Shown in pieces: positions 39,674 to 50,112 of a stretch of 64,000 nucleotides of DNA (positions within the stretch are counted from its first letter, which is position 1; each line of letters starts with the position of its first letter). Location of the stretch: contig NZ_CP020921.1 of assembly GCF_003057965.1 (NCBI RefSeq), forward strand, positions 1,290,916-1,354,915, in the 5' to 3' direction. The notes beneath the pieces were generated by a model that saw nothing but the letters and a program-made list of their open reading frames with translations, was not told the DNA's origin and ran no database searches. Made by a program: the position numbers and the translations under genes. The stretch is from Thermodesulfobium acidiphilum. GTDB lineage: Bacteria > Thermodesulfobiota > Thermodesulfobiia > Thermodesulfobiales > Thermodesulfobiaceae.

Positions 39674-41935
39674 TTGTTTAAAACTAGTGTAGTAGGTTAT
39701 CCAAGAATTGGTGAAAAAAGGGAATTAAAGTTTCTTCTGGAAAACTTTTGGCAGGGTAAAATCGATGAAGACGAATTTATATTAAAGTATCATGAACTAG
39801 AACTTTCAAGATGTAAACTACAGTCAGAATTTGGCATAGATTTAATACCCGTAGGTGATATGTCAATGTACGATCACGTACTTGATACAGCTTATATGTT
39901 TGGAGCAATTCCAAAAAGGTTTGGCAAACCCAATGGTCTTGATTTATCAGTTTACTTTTCTATGGCTAGAGGTTCTAAAGATGCCCCAGCAATGGAAATG
40001 ACAAAGTGGTTTGATACGAATTATCACTATCTTGTGCCAGAAATAGATGATGAACAAAAATTTTATTTAAATTACCCCTTCGTATTAGAATCGTTTAAAA
40101 GAGCAAAAGAGGCTGGCATTATTGCAAAACCTGTAATTTTAGGCGGTTTTACCTTTCTTAAATTATCAAAGTCATATTCTCCAAAAAGATTCAAAGATCT
40201 TTTGTTAAAATTAGCCCCATTATATGTTGAACTAATTCAACTATTAGAGAAAGAGGGTGCAAAGTACGTTCAAATAGATGAACCATATTTAGTTTTAGGT
40301 CTTACATCCGATGAGCTAAAAATATTTAGAGAATTTTATTACAGCATTTTGCCATATCTAAGCTGTAAAACCATTTTACAAACTTATTTTGAAGGCGTAC
40401 CAGAACTAGAAATGCTTTATGAACTTCCATTCAAAGGTTTTGGACTTGATTTTTGCAGATCAGACGAAAATCTTAATAAGATACTAAACACAGACTTTCC
40501 TGAAAACAAGTTTTTGGTAGCTGGTTTGATAAATGGTAGAAATATCTGGAAATCAGATTTAACTAAAGTCATAAAGATTCTGGATAAAATTAAAGTCAAA
40601 GTACATCCGGATAAAATTATACTTTCTACAAGTTGTTCTCTAATGTTTATCCCTTCTTCTGACAAAAACGCTGAGGATTTTCCTAAAGAGCTAATTAATA
40701 GGCTTTCTTTTGCAAAAGATAGGCTTAAAGAACTCTACACTCTAAAGGAATTCTTAAACGGTAACAATTTATTTTCTTCAAAGATAGAAGAATCACACAA
40801 AATATGGGAAAAAACACCTGAAACCTTTTTCATAAAGGAAGTACACAATAGAATAAAGAACTTGAAAAAAGAAGATTTTATAAGAAAGGAACCCTTTGAA
40901 GAAAGATACAATATTCAGATGGACGAGCTTAAACTTGGTTTGTTTCCTACTACTACTATTGGTAGTTTCCCGCAAACCAAAGAACTTAGGGCAAAGAGGG
41001 CCGCATTCAAATCCGGTTCAATTTCTAAAGAAGAGTACACATCATATATCAAAAATCTTATAGAAGATGCAATTAAAAAGCAGGAGGACTTAGGTCTTGA
41101 CGTATTTGTACATGGCGAATTTGAAAGAACTGATATGGTAGAATTTTTTGGAGAAAAACTACAGGGTTTTGCCACATCAAAATTTGCCTGGGTTCAATCT
41201 TATGGCTCAAGATGTGTAAGGCCGCCTATAATTTATGCTGATATTATGAGAAATGCTCCAATGACTTTAGACGAAATAATATACGCTCAATCATTAACAA
41301 AAAAGCCTGTAAAGGGTATGTTAACAGGTCCTGTTACAATACTCAATTGGTCATTTGTAAGAGAAGATATTCCACGAGAGGAAGTAGCTTATCAAATAGC
41401 TCTTGCTCTTGCAGATGAGATATTAGATCTTGAAAAGAACGGCATTAAAATAATTCAAATCGATGAACCGGCATTTAGAGAAGGCTTACCTTTAAGAAAA
41501 TCAAATAGAGAGAAATATATTGATTGGGCTATAAAATCCTTTAGATTGACAAATAGTAATGTAAAAAAGAATACCCAAATTCATACACATATGTGCTATT
41601 CTGAGTTCAATGAAATGATTGAAGCAATCTATGCAATGGATTCCGACGTTATTTCTATAGAAGCATCAAGAAGTAAAGGCGATATCCTTGAGGTTTTTGA
41701 GAAATTCAAATACGATCACGGCATAGGACTTGGAACTTATGATATTCATAGTCCAAGAGTACCATCTGTTTCCGAAATACTCGAAATATTAGAACGATCC
41801 ATAAAGGTTATTGATAAAAAACTTATCTGGGTTAATCCAGATTGCGGTCTTAAAACAAGAAATTGGGAAGAAACCATACCCTCATTAAAAAATATGGTTG
41901 AAGCTGCAAAAATTATGAGAGAAAGAAATAAATAG
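39674..41935 (+). CDS. metE: Cobalamin-independent methionine synthase
   Basis: MTKWFDTNYHY, PTTTIGSFPQT, HTHMCYSE, WVNPDCGLKTR. Confidence 0.97.
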   Translation: MFKTSVVGYPRIGEKRELKFLLENFWQGKIDEDEFILKYHELELSRCKLQSEFGIDLIPVGDMSMYDHVLDTAYMFGAIPKRFGKPNGLDLSVYFSMARGSKDAPAMEMTKWFDTNYHYLVPEIDDEQKFYLNYPFVLESFKRAKEAGIIAKPVILGGFTFLKLSKSYSPKRFKDLLLKLAPLYVELIQLLEKEGAKYVQIDEPYLVLGLTSDELKIFREFYYSILPYLSCKTILQTYFEGVPELEMLYELPFKGFGLDFCRSDENLNKILNTDFPENKFLVAGLINGRNIWKSDLTKVIKILDKIKVKVHPDKIILSTSCSLMFIPSSDKNAEDFPKELINRLSFAKDRLKELYTLKEFLNGNNLFSSKIEESHKIWEKTPETFFIKEVHNRIKNLKKEDFIRKEPFEERYNIQMDELKLGLFPTTTIGSFPQTKELRAKRAAFKSGSISKEEYTSYIKNLIEDAIKKQEDLGLDVFVHGEFERTDMVEFFGEKLQGFATSKFAWVQSYGSRCVRPPIIYADIMRNAPMTLDEIIYAQSLTKKPVKGMLTGPVTILNWSFVREDIPREEVAYQIALALADEILDLEKNGIKIIQIDEPAFREGLPLRKSNREKYIDWAIKSFRLTNSNVKKNTQIHTHMCYSEFNEMIEAIYAMDSDVISIEASRSKGDILEVFEKFKYDHGIGLGTYDIHSPRVPSVSEILEILERSIKVIDKKLIWVNPDCGLKTRNWEETIPSLKNMVEAAKIMRERNK

Positions 41936-41943
41936 AAAACTTT

Positions 41944-41977
41944 ACCCCAGAGTATTTCTTAACTCTCTGGGGTTTTT
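41944..41977. terminator. Terminator between convergent metE and helicase genes
   Basis: ACCCCAGAG..CTCTGGGGT stem followed by Ts. Confidence 0.65.
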
Positions 41978-43817
41978 ATCCTACAATAGAAACATCAAGA
42001 TAACTATCCTTTTCTCTTAAAAAGGGAGAGATAGTGTTTTTCGCAAAATAGCCTCTATTTTTCTTTGAATGTCTGGGAAATATGAATAAAAGTCTTTGTT
42101 TTGCCCTAGTTATTGCTACATAAAATAGTCTTCTCTCTTCTTCTATTTCATCAGTCGATTGGGCTTTAAAGTGTGGATAAACGCTTTCGATCACTGATAA
42201 CAAGAATACTACGTCAAATTCCAATCCCTTTGCTGAATGAATAGTGCTTAAGATTACATTATTATTGTCAAATTCAACCCTTTCAACCGGATTAAGTGTA
42301 AAAGCTTCAAGATAGTCTACCAAATTATCATAATTAGAACTCATATCCATGAATTTGATTAAATCTGCTTCTCTTTCTTCATAATTTTCAGGGTAAAGTC
42401 TGATCATTATATCCTTATAAAAATTAAAAATTAATTCTAGGATATCATGCCAGTCGGTAGTTTCAAATAATTTTTCAAAAAAAAGATTTAATTCTTCAAG
42501 ATTTTTTTCTTTAGACAATGCAATCTTTAAATTACCTCCATTAATCACAGCATTTTTAATCTTTTCTGCTTTTTTTTCGCCAATTCCAGGAAACATCCTC
42601 AAAATTCTAATCAATGCTATTTCATCCTTTGGATTTACAAAAACTCTCAAAAACGACATAAAATCTTTAGCATGAGCGCTTTCAGTTAATTTTTGACCTC
42701 CATAAAAAGAATATTTTATTCCCATAGAGTTAAGTTGGCTTTCAAGGTTTCTACCAATATACGCTGCCCTATATAAAGCTGCCACCTTTAAACCCTTTTC
42801 ATTGAATTTTTGCATTTCTCTAGCCACATACCTTGCTTCTTCCCAGTCGTCACTAACAATTACCAATTTAGGCTTAACGTTATCCTTTAGTTTTACATTA
42901 GCTATCAATTCCTTTTTAATAGAATTATATGAAGACTGAATGATAGAATTAGCAATATCCAAAATTGGTTGAGTTGACCTGTAGTTTGAAGAAAGAATAA
43001 TTTTTTCAGCATCAAGTCTTTTGATAAAATCAAACATATTTTTATAATAAGCCCCCCTAAAAGAATAAATGCTTTGAGCGTCATCTCCAACTGCACTTAT
43101 CCTTGAACCTAAATAATAGAAACGGTACAACATTTCGGCCTGAATTTGATTTGTATCTTGAAATTCATCTACCAAAACTTCGTCGAAAGGACTTTTTTCA
43201 AGAGCTTTAATTGAAAGCAATCCGTACATCAAAAGATCGTCGAAATCCAAATAATTTCTTTCTCTTTTGCTTAGTTCATATAAATTTACAATCTTTTTGA
43301 TATCTTCAAAGTTAACATATTTATATTTTCTTTGAATGATCTCAATAAAATCCTGGTTATTATTTCTTGCATATGAATATATTGATAAAATATCTTTTGG
43401 TTTAAATATCAGCGAATCAAGTTTTTCTTTACTATATATTCTAGAAAATACCTTCTTCATCAGGTCAAGAGAGTCAGATTCATCAATTATGACAAAATCG
43501 TTGGTCAACCCAATTCTTTCTGAATGCCTTCTAATTATATTCGAACAAAAGGAATGAAAGGTTCCAGAATAAAGCCTATTTTTAGTGTCTTCTCTTATCA
43601 AGTCCCTAACTCTTGTAGTCATTTCCATTGCTGCCTTCTTAGTAAATGTGAGCAAAAGATACCTCGCATCCGGGTTCTCTTTTATAAGTCTTGCTGCCCT
43701 GGTTGTTAAAACCCTTGTTTTGCCTGTGCCTGCACCAGCTACTATCAAAAGCGCCCTGCTATCAGAGTATACAGCCCTTTTTTGTTCTTCGTTTAAGTTT
43801 GAATCCAAAATATACAC
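41976..43817 (-). CDS. UvrD/PcrA/Rep-family SF1 DNA helicase
   Basis: AGAGTGKT, VDEFQD, VGDDAQSIYSFRG, NYRS, STIHSAKGLEF, EERRLFYVAITRAK. Confidence 0.93.
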   Translation of the reverse strand: MYILDSNLNEEQKRAVYSDSRALLIVAGAGTGKTRVLTTRAARLIKENPDARYLLLTFTKKAAMEMTTRVRDLIREDTKNRLYSGTFHSFCSNIIRRHSERIGLTNDFVIIDESDSLDLMKKVFSRIYSKEKLDSLIFKPKDILSIYSYARNNNQDFIEIIQRKYKYVNFEDIKKIVNLYELSKRERNYLDFDDLLMYGLLSIKALEKSPFDEVLVDEFQDTNQIQAEMLYRFYYLGSRISAVGDDAQSIYSFRGAYYKNMFDFIKRLDAEKIILSSNYRSTQPILDIANSIIQSSYNSIKKELIANVKLKDNVKPKLVIVSDDWEEARYVAREMQKFNEKGLKVAALYRAAYIGRNLESQLNSMGIKYSFYGGQKLTESAHAKDFMSFLRVFVNPKDEIALIRILRMFPGIGEKKAEKIKNAVINGGNLKIALSKEKNLEELNLFFEKLFETTDWHDILELIFNFYKDIMIRLYPENYEEREADLIKFMDMSSNYDNLVDYLEAFTLNPVERVEFDNNNVILSTIHSAKGLEFDVVFLLSVIESVYPHFKAQSTDEIEEERRLFYVAITRAKQRLLFIFPRHSKKNRGYFAKNTISPFLREKDSYLDVSIVG

Positions 43818-44284
43818 CTCTAAGCTCCTATTATTTAAAAACTTTATTATATATTAGAATCGAAAATAGAAGTTAAATATGTTAATGAAATTCTAAAATT
43901 TTCTCTAACAGTGTAAAATTAATTTTATCATCCACTATCTCTTATCATGGACGATCTGATTTTACGAGAATTACCCAAAGAATTCAAAGTTATATTTAGA
44001 AAAGATTGTGCTGCTTAATAAACAAATGTATTGAAAAGGCAATATATTTAATAATGGGTTATAGTTTTTATAAAAGAAGTCTAAATGAAAAAAATTATAT
44101 TTATGACTGATAGCATTGTAAGAACTTTATTACTAGCTGGTTTAAGGATACCATATTAGACAGATATATTTAAACCAGTAAATTTCTCTAAAATTTTTAA
44201 GCATGTTAACTAAAAAAACTTTTGATATTATATTCTTATGTTAAAATAGAGTGTTAATTTTTTGTAGAGCATAAGGAGAGAATA

Positions 44285-45544
44285 TTGAACTACAAAGCGC
44301 CCAAAGGAACTTTTGATATTTTCGGGGAAAGGGTTAAAATTTACGAAAAAATAGAAAGCGTTGGCAAGAAAATTATGAAATTATATGGTTTTTCACAGAT
44401 AAGAACGCCAATCTTTGAGGATGCAGGACTTTTTATAAGAAGTCTCGGCGAGACTTCAGATGTAGTCCAAAAGGAGATGTATCTGTTCAAAGATAAAGGT
44501 GATAGGTTACTAGCTTTAAGACCAGAAGGTACAGCTCCAGTAATAAGAGCAATAATCGAAAACAACCTTGCCCAAAATAGCCCTACAAAACTCTATTACA
44601 CAGGTCAGATGTTTAGATACGAAAGGCCTCAGGCAGGTAGATTTAGGCAATTTCATCAATTTGGAGCAGAAATAGTTGGGACACAAGACCCTATTTCCGA
44701 TTTTGAAATAATCGATTCCTCCACAAAAATATTAAAAGAATTGGGCATAGAATATGAATTACATCTTAACTCGGTAGGTTGTAAAGGTTGTAGAGGAGTT
44801 TATAAAGAGGCTTTACTCGCTTTTTTAAAAGATCATGAAAATGAGTTGTGTAACAATTGTAAAACCCGAATGTACAAAAACCCACTAAGAGTTTTGGATT
44901 GTAAAGAACATCAGTGCATGCTTGCAATATCAAATGCACCTAAAATTACAGATTATCTATGCAATGACTGTAAAATTCATTTTGAAAAATTGCAGAGCTA
45001 TCTTAAGAAATTTAAAATAGAATATGTTCTAAACCCTCGTCTCGTAAGAGGTCTTGATTATTACACGAAAACTGCATTCGAAGCATTAAACTTTTCACTT
45101 GGTTCACAAAATGCAGTTTTAGGCGGAGGAAGATATGACGGGCTTGCAGAAGAGCTCGGAGGTAAAAATCTTCCAGGAGTAGGGTTTGCATCAGGAATAG
45201 AAAGACTCGTTACCATTTTAGAAAAATCGGATAAAACTTATGAAAAGGAACATAAATTTATGGTAATTCCTGTAACAGAAAATGAGTTTAGCTTTGCTTT
45301 GGAGTTTTTAGCACAATTAAGAAATTTTGTAAGTTCTTTGTTTCCATATGACTATAAAAACTTAAAATCTGCTATGAAACTTGCTTCTAAATCTAATTGT
45401 GACTACGCAATATTAATTGGCCAGGATGAAATAAATAATAATACGATCAGCATAAAAAATCTTGAAAATGGCCAGCAAAAGAGTTTTTCTAAAGATAAAT
45501 TTCTAAATATCTTAAGTAATGAGAGGTGTAATTTTGGCTTATAG
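44285..45544 (+). CDS. hisS: Histidine--tRNA ligase
   Basis: LRPEGTA, FRYERPQAGRFRQF, LVRGLDYY, GGGRYDGL. Confidence 0.97.
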   Translation: MNYKAPKGTFDIFGERVKIYEKIESVGKKIMKLYGFSQIRTPIFEDAGLFIRSLGETSDVVQKEMYLFKDKGDRLLALRPEGTAPVIRAIIENNLAQNSPTKLYYTGQMFRYERPQAGRFRQFHQFGAEIVGTQDPISDFEIIDSSTKILKELGIEYELHLNSVGCKGCRGVYKEALLAFLKDHENELCNNCKTRMYKNPLRVLDCKEHQCMLAISNAPKITDYLCNDCKIHFEKLQSYLKKFKIEYVLNPRLVRGLDYYTKTAFEALNFSLGSQNAVLGGGRYDGLAEELGGKNLPGVGFASGIERLVTILEKSDKTYEKEHKFMVIPVTENEFSFALEFLAQLRNFVSSLFPYDYKNLKSAMKLASKSNCDYAILIGQDEINNNTISIKNLENGQQKSFSKDKFLNILSNERCNFGL

Positions 45545-47306
45545 AACACACACGTTAAGAGATATAAACAAATCTTTAGAGAACAAAATTATCACTATAT
45601 GTGGTTGGGTTAACAAAAGGCGTGATCACGGAAATCTTATATTTCTTGATATTAGAGACAGATATTCTCTTTTACAGGTTGTAGTAGACTCAGAAAACAA
45701 AGAAAATTTTAAGAAAGCAGAGGAAATCAGATCTGAATATGTGGTACAAATAACAGGAGAACTAAGAAAAAGACCATTGGGTACAGAGAATACAAAAATT
45801 TCAACTGGAGAATTCGAATTAGTTGCCAACACTATAAATATATTAAACAAATCAAAGGTACCACCATTTTCTATTTCTGATGATCAAAAGGATTATGACG
45901 AAAAATTAGGATTAAAATACAGATATCTTGATCTCAGAAGACCTGATAAAAAAGAAAATATCATAAAAAGACATATAATAACTAACACTATAAGAAATCA
46001 TTTTTTAGAAAACGATTTTCTCGAAATAGAAACACCATACCTTACAAAAAGCACGCCGGAAGGTGCAAGAGATTTTCTTGTTCCCTCAAGACTTCAACCG
46101 GGAACTTTTTATGCGCTTCCGCAATCACCACAACTTTTCAAACAAATTTTGATGGTGAGCGGATTTGATAAATACTTTCAAATAGTAAGATGTTTTAGGG
46201 ATGAAGATCTAAGAGCTGATAGACAGCCAGAATTCACTCAGATAGACGTTGAAATGTCATTTGTAGAACCAAATGATGTAATAACCATTACAGAAGAACT
46301 CTTCAAAAAATTAAACTCACAATTCGGCATAGAATGTAACTACCCTATTAAAAGAATGAGTTATAAAGAAGCTATGAATAAATATGGGACAGATAGGCCA
46401 GATCTTAGAAATCCTCTTGAAATATGTGATTTTACTGAAATTCTAAGAAATACAAAGTTAAAGATATTTAGAAGTGTAATCGAAAGGGATGGGTATATTA
46501 AGGGTTTTATATTAAAAAATAAAGACTGCCATAATTCTCGGCCAATTCTTGAAAAGATAAACAATATGGCAAAGGATTTTGGACTCCCAGGCATTGCATG
46601 GATACTATTCGATGGCTCTGAGATAAGATCCCCAATAGCAAAATTTTTATCTGAAGATGAAATAAACTCTTTCAAAAAAATATTTGATATCGGAGACAAA
46701 GATGCCATTCTTCTTGCTGCAGGTAAAGACGGCCTTTTACAATCTCTTGGTTTGCTAAGAATATTTCTTGGAAACGAGTTTAAGTTGATAAATGAGGACG
46801 AATTTAAATACTTGTGGGTTGTAGATTTTCCCTTGTTCGAATACGACGAAAAGGAAAAAAGGCTAAGTTCTGTTCATCACCCATTTACTGCTCCACATCC
46901 AGAAGACCTGGAAAAATTAGATACAGATCCACTTTCTGTTCGCTCCCTTGCCTATGACATCGTCCTAAACGGAAACGAATTAGGCGGAGGAAGCATTAGA
47001 ATAAACAATACCCATTTGCAAAGCAAGATATTCAAACTCCTCGACATTTCGACAGAAGAAGCACAAATAAAATTTGGCTTTCTTCTGGAGGCACTAGAAT
47101 ATGGCGCCCCTCCACACGGAGGCATTGCACTTGGGCTCGACAGAATAACTATGCTATTTACTGGTGCAAAGTCTCTGAGAGATGTAATAGCCTTTCCGAA
47201 GACCCAGAGCGGGACATGCCTTCTTACCGATGCGCCGTCACAGGTGGACAAAAAGCAGCTTGACGAATTGTCTATTTCTGTGAATATAAAGAAAGAGCAA
47301 GACTAA
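45534..47306 (+). CDS. aspS: Aspartate--tRNA ligase, probably non-discriminating (Asp/Asn)
   Basis: TPEGARDF, PQSPQLFKQ, GAPPHGG; RRDHG and RPLGTEN carry the His/Gly signature of non-discriminating enzymes; TTG start at 45534. Confidence 0.96.
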   Translation: MAYRTHTLRDINKSLENKIITICGWVNKRRDHGNLIFLDIRDRYSLLQVVVDSENKENFKKAEEIRSEYVVQITGELRKRPLGTENTKISTGEFELVANTINILNKSKVPPFSISDDQKDYDEKLGLKYRYLDLRRPDKKENIIKRHIITNTIRNHFLENDFLEIETPYLTKSTPEGARDFLVPSRLQPGTFYALPQSPQLFKQILMVSGFDKYFQIVRCFRDEDLRADRQPEFTQIDVEMSFVEPNDVITITEELFKKLNSQFGIECNYPIKRMSYKEAMNKYGTDRPDLRNPLEICDFTEILRNTKLKIFRSVIERDGYIKGFILKNKDCHNSRPILEKINNMAKDFGLPGIAWILFDGSEIRSPIAKFLSEDEINSFKKIFDIGDKDAILLAAGKDGLLQSLGLLRIFLGNEFKLINEDEFKYLWVVDFPLFEYDEKEKRLSSVHHPFTAPHPEDLEKLDTDPLSVRSLAYDIVLNGNELGGGSIRINNTHLQSKIFKLLDISTEEAQIKFGFLLEALEYGAPPHGGIALGLDRITMLFTGAKSLRDVIAFPKTQSGTCLLTDAPSQVDKKQLDELSISVNIKKEQD

Positions 47307-47726
47307 TTATTTCTTGATATAATCTTCGGCTATATCAATAGCCCTTCCCAGAAGAGAAACGTCTTCTGGATAATTGATTATGGTTGATGGAGTTTTATCT
47401 TCTAATATCAAGATATTGTTTTCAGAAAATGTCTTGTATTCCAGCATTCTGGTTGGCAGCAAGATGTCTTTTATATCAGTAGAATATCTCTTCAAGCTCT
47501 TAACAACATCCTTATCAAAGTGTATCTCACTTAAAACCCAGAATTTCATAGTGTGATCGTTTTTGTCATAAACCACACTGTCAGCATCCACATAATCTTT
47601 TCTAACCTCTCCCGATGAAAGTGTCAGTGTGCCAACATACTGCCAGTTGGTAGCAAACGCAAAATCTGATTTCGGAAAGAAAAATATTATTGCAAAACCT
47701 ATTATTAGAAGAAGTTTAGCTCTCAT
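47307..47726 (-). CDS. Secreted hypothetical protein (surface-adhesin-E-like)
   Basis: Signal peptide ending AFA, then TNWQYVG..YVDADSV..KFWV. Confidence 0.6.
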   Translation of the reverse strand: MRAKLLLIIGFAIIFFFPKSDFAFATNWQYVGTLTLSSGEVRKDYVDADSVVYDKNDHTMKFWVLSEIHFDKDVVKSLKRYSTDIKDILLPTRMLEYKTFSENNILILEDKTPSTIINYPEDVSLLGRAIDIAEDYIKK

Positions 47727-47862
47727 AAAATCTTCATCCCTCCTATATTTAGCATATTATTATATTTTATATCATAATCTCAGCAAATTGATCGCACAAT
47801 GCAAGAAATGTTAGAATCTAATATCCTAAATTATTTAAAATTAAATAACTCTGGAGGAATTT

Positions 47863-48774
47863 ATGAAGCGATTATTGGTTTCAATTTTTCTAATACTATT
47901 CATCTTGATCTCAAAAAGTGCTTATGCAAATCAAGAGTTTTACGATCTGTTAAGTAACACGTACACAAGGTACACAAATACTGAGTCTTCAATAATAGCC
48001 TACAAGATTTTAGGCGAAAAAAATAAAAAGACTATTGTAATGCTGGAGCCTTTTTCAAGCAGCATGAACAGTTGGGATGATTCGTTGGTTATGAGCCTGC
48101 TACAAAATTTCAGACTCATCTTTATAGATTATCCGGGTATCGGACAGTCCAGGTTTCTCTCAAACAACGATCCAGATATAAGAGAGCTGGCACAAGCTGT
48201 AAAAAATGTTTTAAGGAATGAGAAGATAAAGAGCGCAAATATTCTTGGATACTCTCTGGGAGGATTTGTAGCACAACAATTCGCAAGGATGTACCCTGAT
48301 ATGGTAGACTCCCTCATATTAATTAGTACCAATGCAGGAGGACCTAACGCTATAAAGCCTCAAGACTATGTAGTAGATGCTCTTTTCAATCCATTGCCAG
48401 ACATAGAAAAGCAGGGCGAAAGAGTTATGAAGGTGCTATTCCCAAAAGACGAAGTTGACAATTACAAAATTAAGATGGCGCTCATATACCAAAGATCTTC
48501 TCCAGACATTACTCCAAGAGTTTTTAACTACGAGAAACAAATTATATCTGCATGGTATCTTAGCAATGTTAACCAAGAAGAGCTTAAAGGCAAAGATTTT
48601 AAAACTCTTATACTCTCATCCGATCAAGATCTGGTAGTCCCACCCGAAAACGCATCAATACTTCACAAGATTTTACCAAACTCAAAATTAATAATTTTCA
48701 AAGGCGCAGGTCACGCTCTTATCTACCAGATGCCATCAGAAGTAGCAACAGCTATTAGAAAATTTCTTGAGTAA
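47863..48774 (+). CDS. Exported alpha/beta-fold hydrolase
   Basis: Signal peptide (AYA), DYPGIG, GYSLGG nucleophile elbow, DLVVP, GAGH. Confidence 0.88.
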   Translation: MKRLLVSIFLILFILISKSAYANQEFYDLLSNTYTRYTNTESSIIAYKILGEKNKKTIVMLEPFSSSMNSWDDSLVMSLLQNFRLIFIDYPGIGQSRFLSNNDPDIRELAQAVKNVLRNEKIKSANILGYSLGGFVAQQFARMYPDMVDSLILISTNAGGPNAIKPQDYVVDALFNPLPDIEKQGERVMKVLFPKDEVDNYKIKMALIYQRSSPDITPRVFNYEKQIISAWYLSNVNQEELKGKDFKTLILSSDQDLVVPPENASILHKILPNSKLIIFKGAGHALIYQMPSEVATAIRKFLE

Positions 48775-49351
48775 ATTTTTGTACGTAAAGAATATAGCCT
48801 TCTTCATCGTCCTTTGTGTGTAGTATTGAAAATCCTTTATCCTTTGCTATCTCCTGTACGATCTCTACGGGTAAAAGCACGTGGTCTTTTACTTCTTCTT
48901 TTCTTGAATGAACCATATTTATGTGCTGTCTCGAAGAGTTATGTAATATCAAGATTTCGCCTCTATTGTCCAATAGCTTTGAAGATTTTGTAAACACCTC
49001 CTCCAATTCCCCCAAATGCGGCAAAACATTTATCATAAGAATAAGGTCAAAAATGCCCTCTACATCGAAGAAATTCTTTATATTAACTGTGAACCTTGCA
49101 TCCTGTATTCTCTCAATAGCCCTTCTAACCATCTTTGCTGATATATCTATTGCGAACAACTTTGCATTAGATTTTAATCTTTTTAAAATATAACTAGTTT
49201 CAACTCCTGTAGCACATCCAACTTCTAGCACTCTTGTAAACGAATTCCAGTTAACAAGCTCAAGCCCCCTCTCCAAGACGTCTATATCTCCTCTTGAAAA
49301 GATATCGTCCCATTCATCAGACAATCGATCAAAAAAGTCTACACTATCCAT
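48755..49351 (-). CDS. Class I SAM-dependent methyltransferase
   Basis: FFDRLSDEWD, VLEVGCATG, IDISAKM. Confidence 0.87.
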   Translation of the reverse strand: MDSVDFFDRLSDEWDDIFSRGDIDVLERGLELVNWNSFTRVLEVGCATGVETSYILKRLKSNAKLFAIDISAKMVRRAIERIQDARFTVNIKNFFDVEGIFDLILMINVLPHLGELEEVFTKSSKLLDNRGEILILHNSSRQHINMVHSRKEEVKDHVLLPVEIVQEIAKDKGFSILHTKDDEEGYILYVQKFTQEIF

Positions 49352-49365
49352 TCTACCTCCAAAAC

Positions 49366-50112
49366 TTAAAAGATTAAAAAGGGTCTGCCATCTATATTTT
49401 TAATCTTTACCATAACTCCAAAAACCTCACTAAAATTTTCTTCAGTTATAATTTCCAATCCTCCTGAGGAAAATATTTTCCCATCTTTCATCAAAATAAA
49501 CTTGTCTATAAATCTAAGCGCAAGGTTTATATCATGAATGGCCATAAGAGCCGAAATTTTTTTATCCTGCACAATTTGCCTGACAATATTCATAACTTCG
49601 ATCTGACTCTTTATATCAAGATTGTTAGTCGGTTCATCCAGAAGAATTAATAAAGGCTCTTGAACCAGTGCTCTTGCAACTATCACTTTTTGAAGCTCTC
49701 CTCCACTTAATTCATCCACAAATCTCATGGAAATTTTCTGGAGAGAGAGCATTTCTATAACACCTTTTGTAATTTCAAGGTCTTTCTTCGATATTCCCCA
49801 TGTAACGTATGGTTTTCTCCCCAATAGCACTGCATCAAAAACTGTAAGTCTCGTAACCTGATTTCGCTGAGAAACATAAGAAACCTTTTTTGCAATTTCA
49901 GAACCTAATTTTTCCACATCCTGTCCTTCAATCAATATTGTCCCAAATTTTGGTTTCAAAATTCTATTTATACACTTTATCAAAGTAGACTTGCCCGCTC
50001 CGTTGTTACCAAGGATAGCTATAAGATCGCCCTTTTCTATATAAAAACTTACGTCTTTTAATACATCAACACTATTATAAGAAAACCTTATATTCTTAGC
50101 CTGAATAAACAT
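49366..50112 (-). CDS. Metal-chelate/cobalamin-type ABC ATPase (FecE/BtuD-like)
   Basis: GNNGAGKST, LSGGELQ, LDEPTNNLD, HDINLA. Confidence 0.9.
   Translation of the reverse strand: MFIQAKNIRFSYNSVDVLKDVSFYIEKGDLIAILGNNGAGKSTLIKCINRILKPKFGTILIEGQDVEKLGSEIAKKVSYVSQRNQVTRLTVFDAVLLGRKPYVTWGISKKDLEITKGVIEMLSLQKISMRFVDELSGGELQKVIVARALVQEPLLILLDEPTNNLDIKSQIEVMNIVRQIVQDKKISALMAIHDINLALRFIDKFILMKDGKIFSSGGLEIITEENFSEVFGVMVKIKNIDGRPFLIF

Noticed and set aside
43820-44284. T-box before hisS-aspS
   Set aside because: No T-box consensus found
47300-47500. 6S RNA after aspS, as in many Firmicutes
   Set aside because: A convergent CDS ends immediately after aspS, leaving no room
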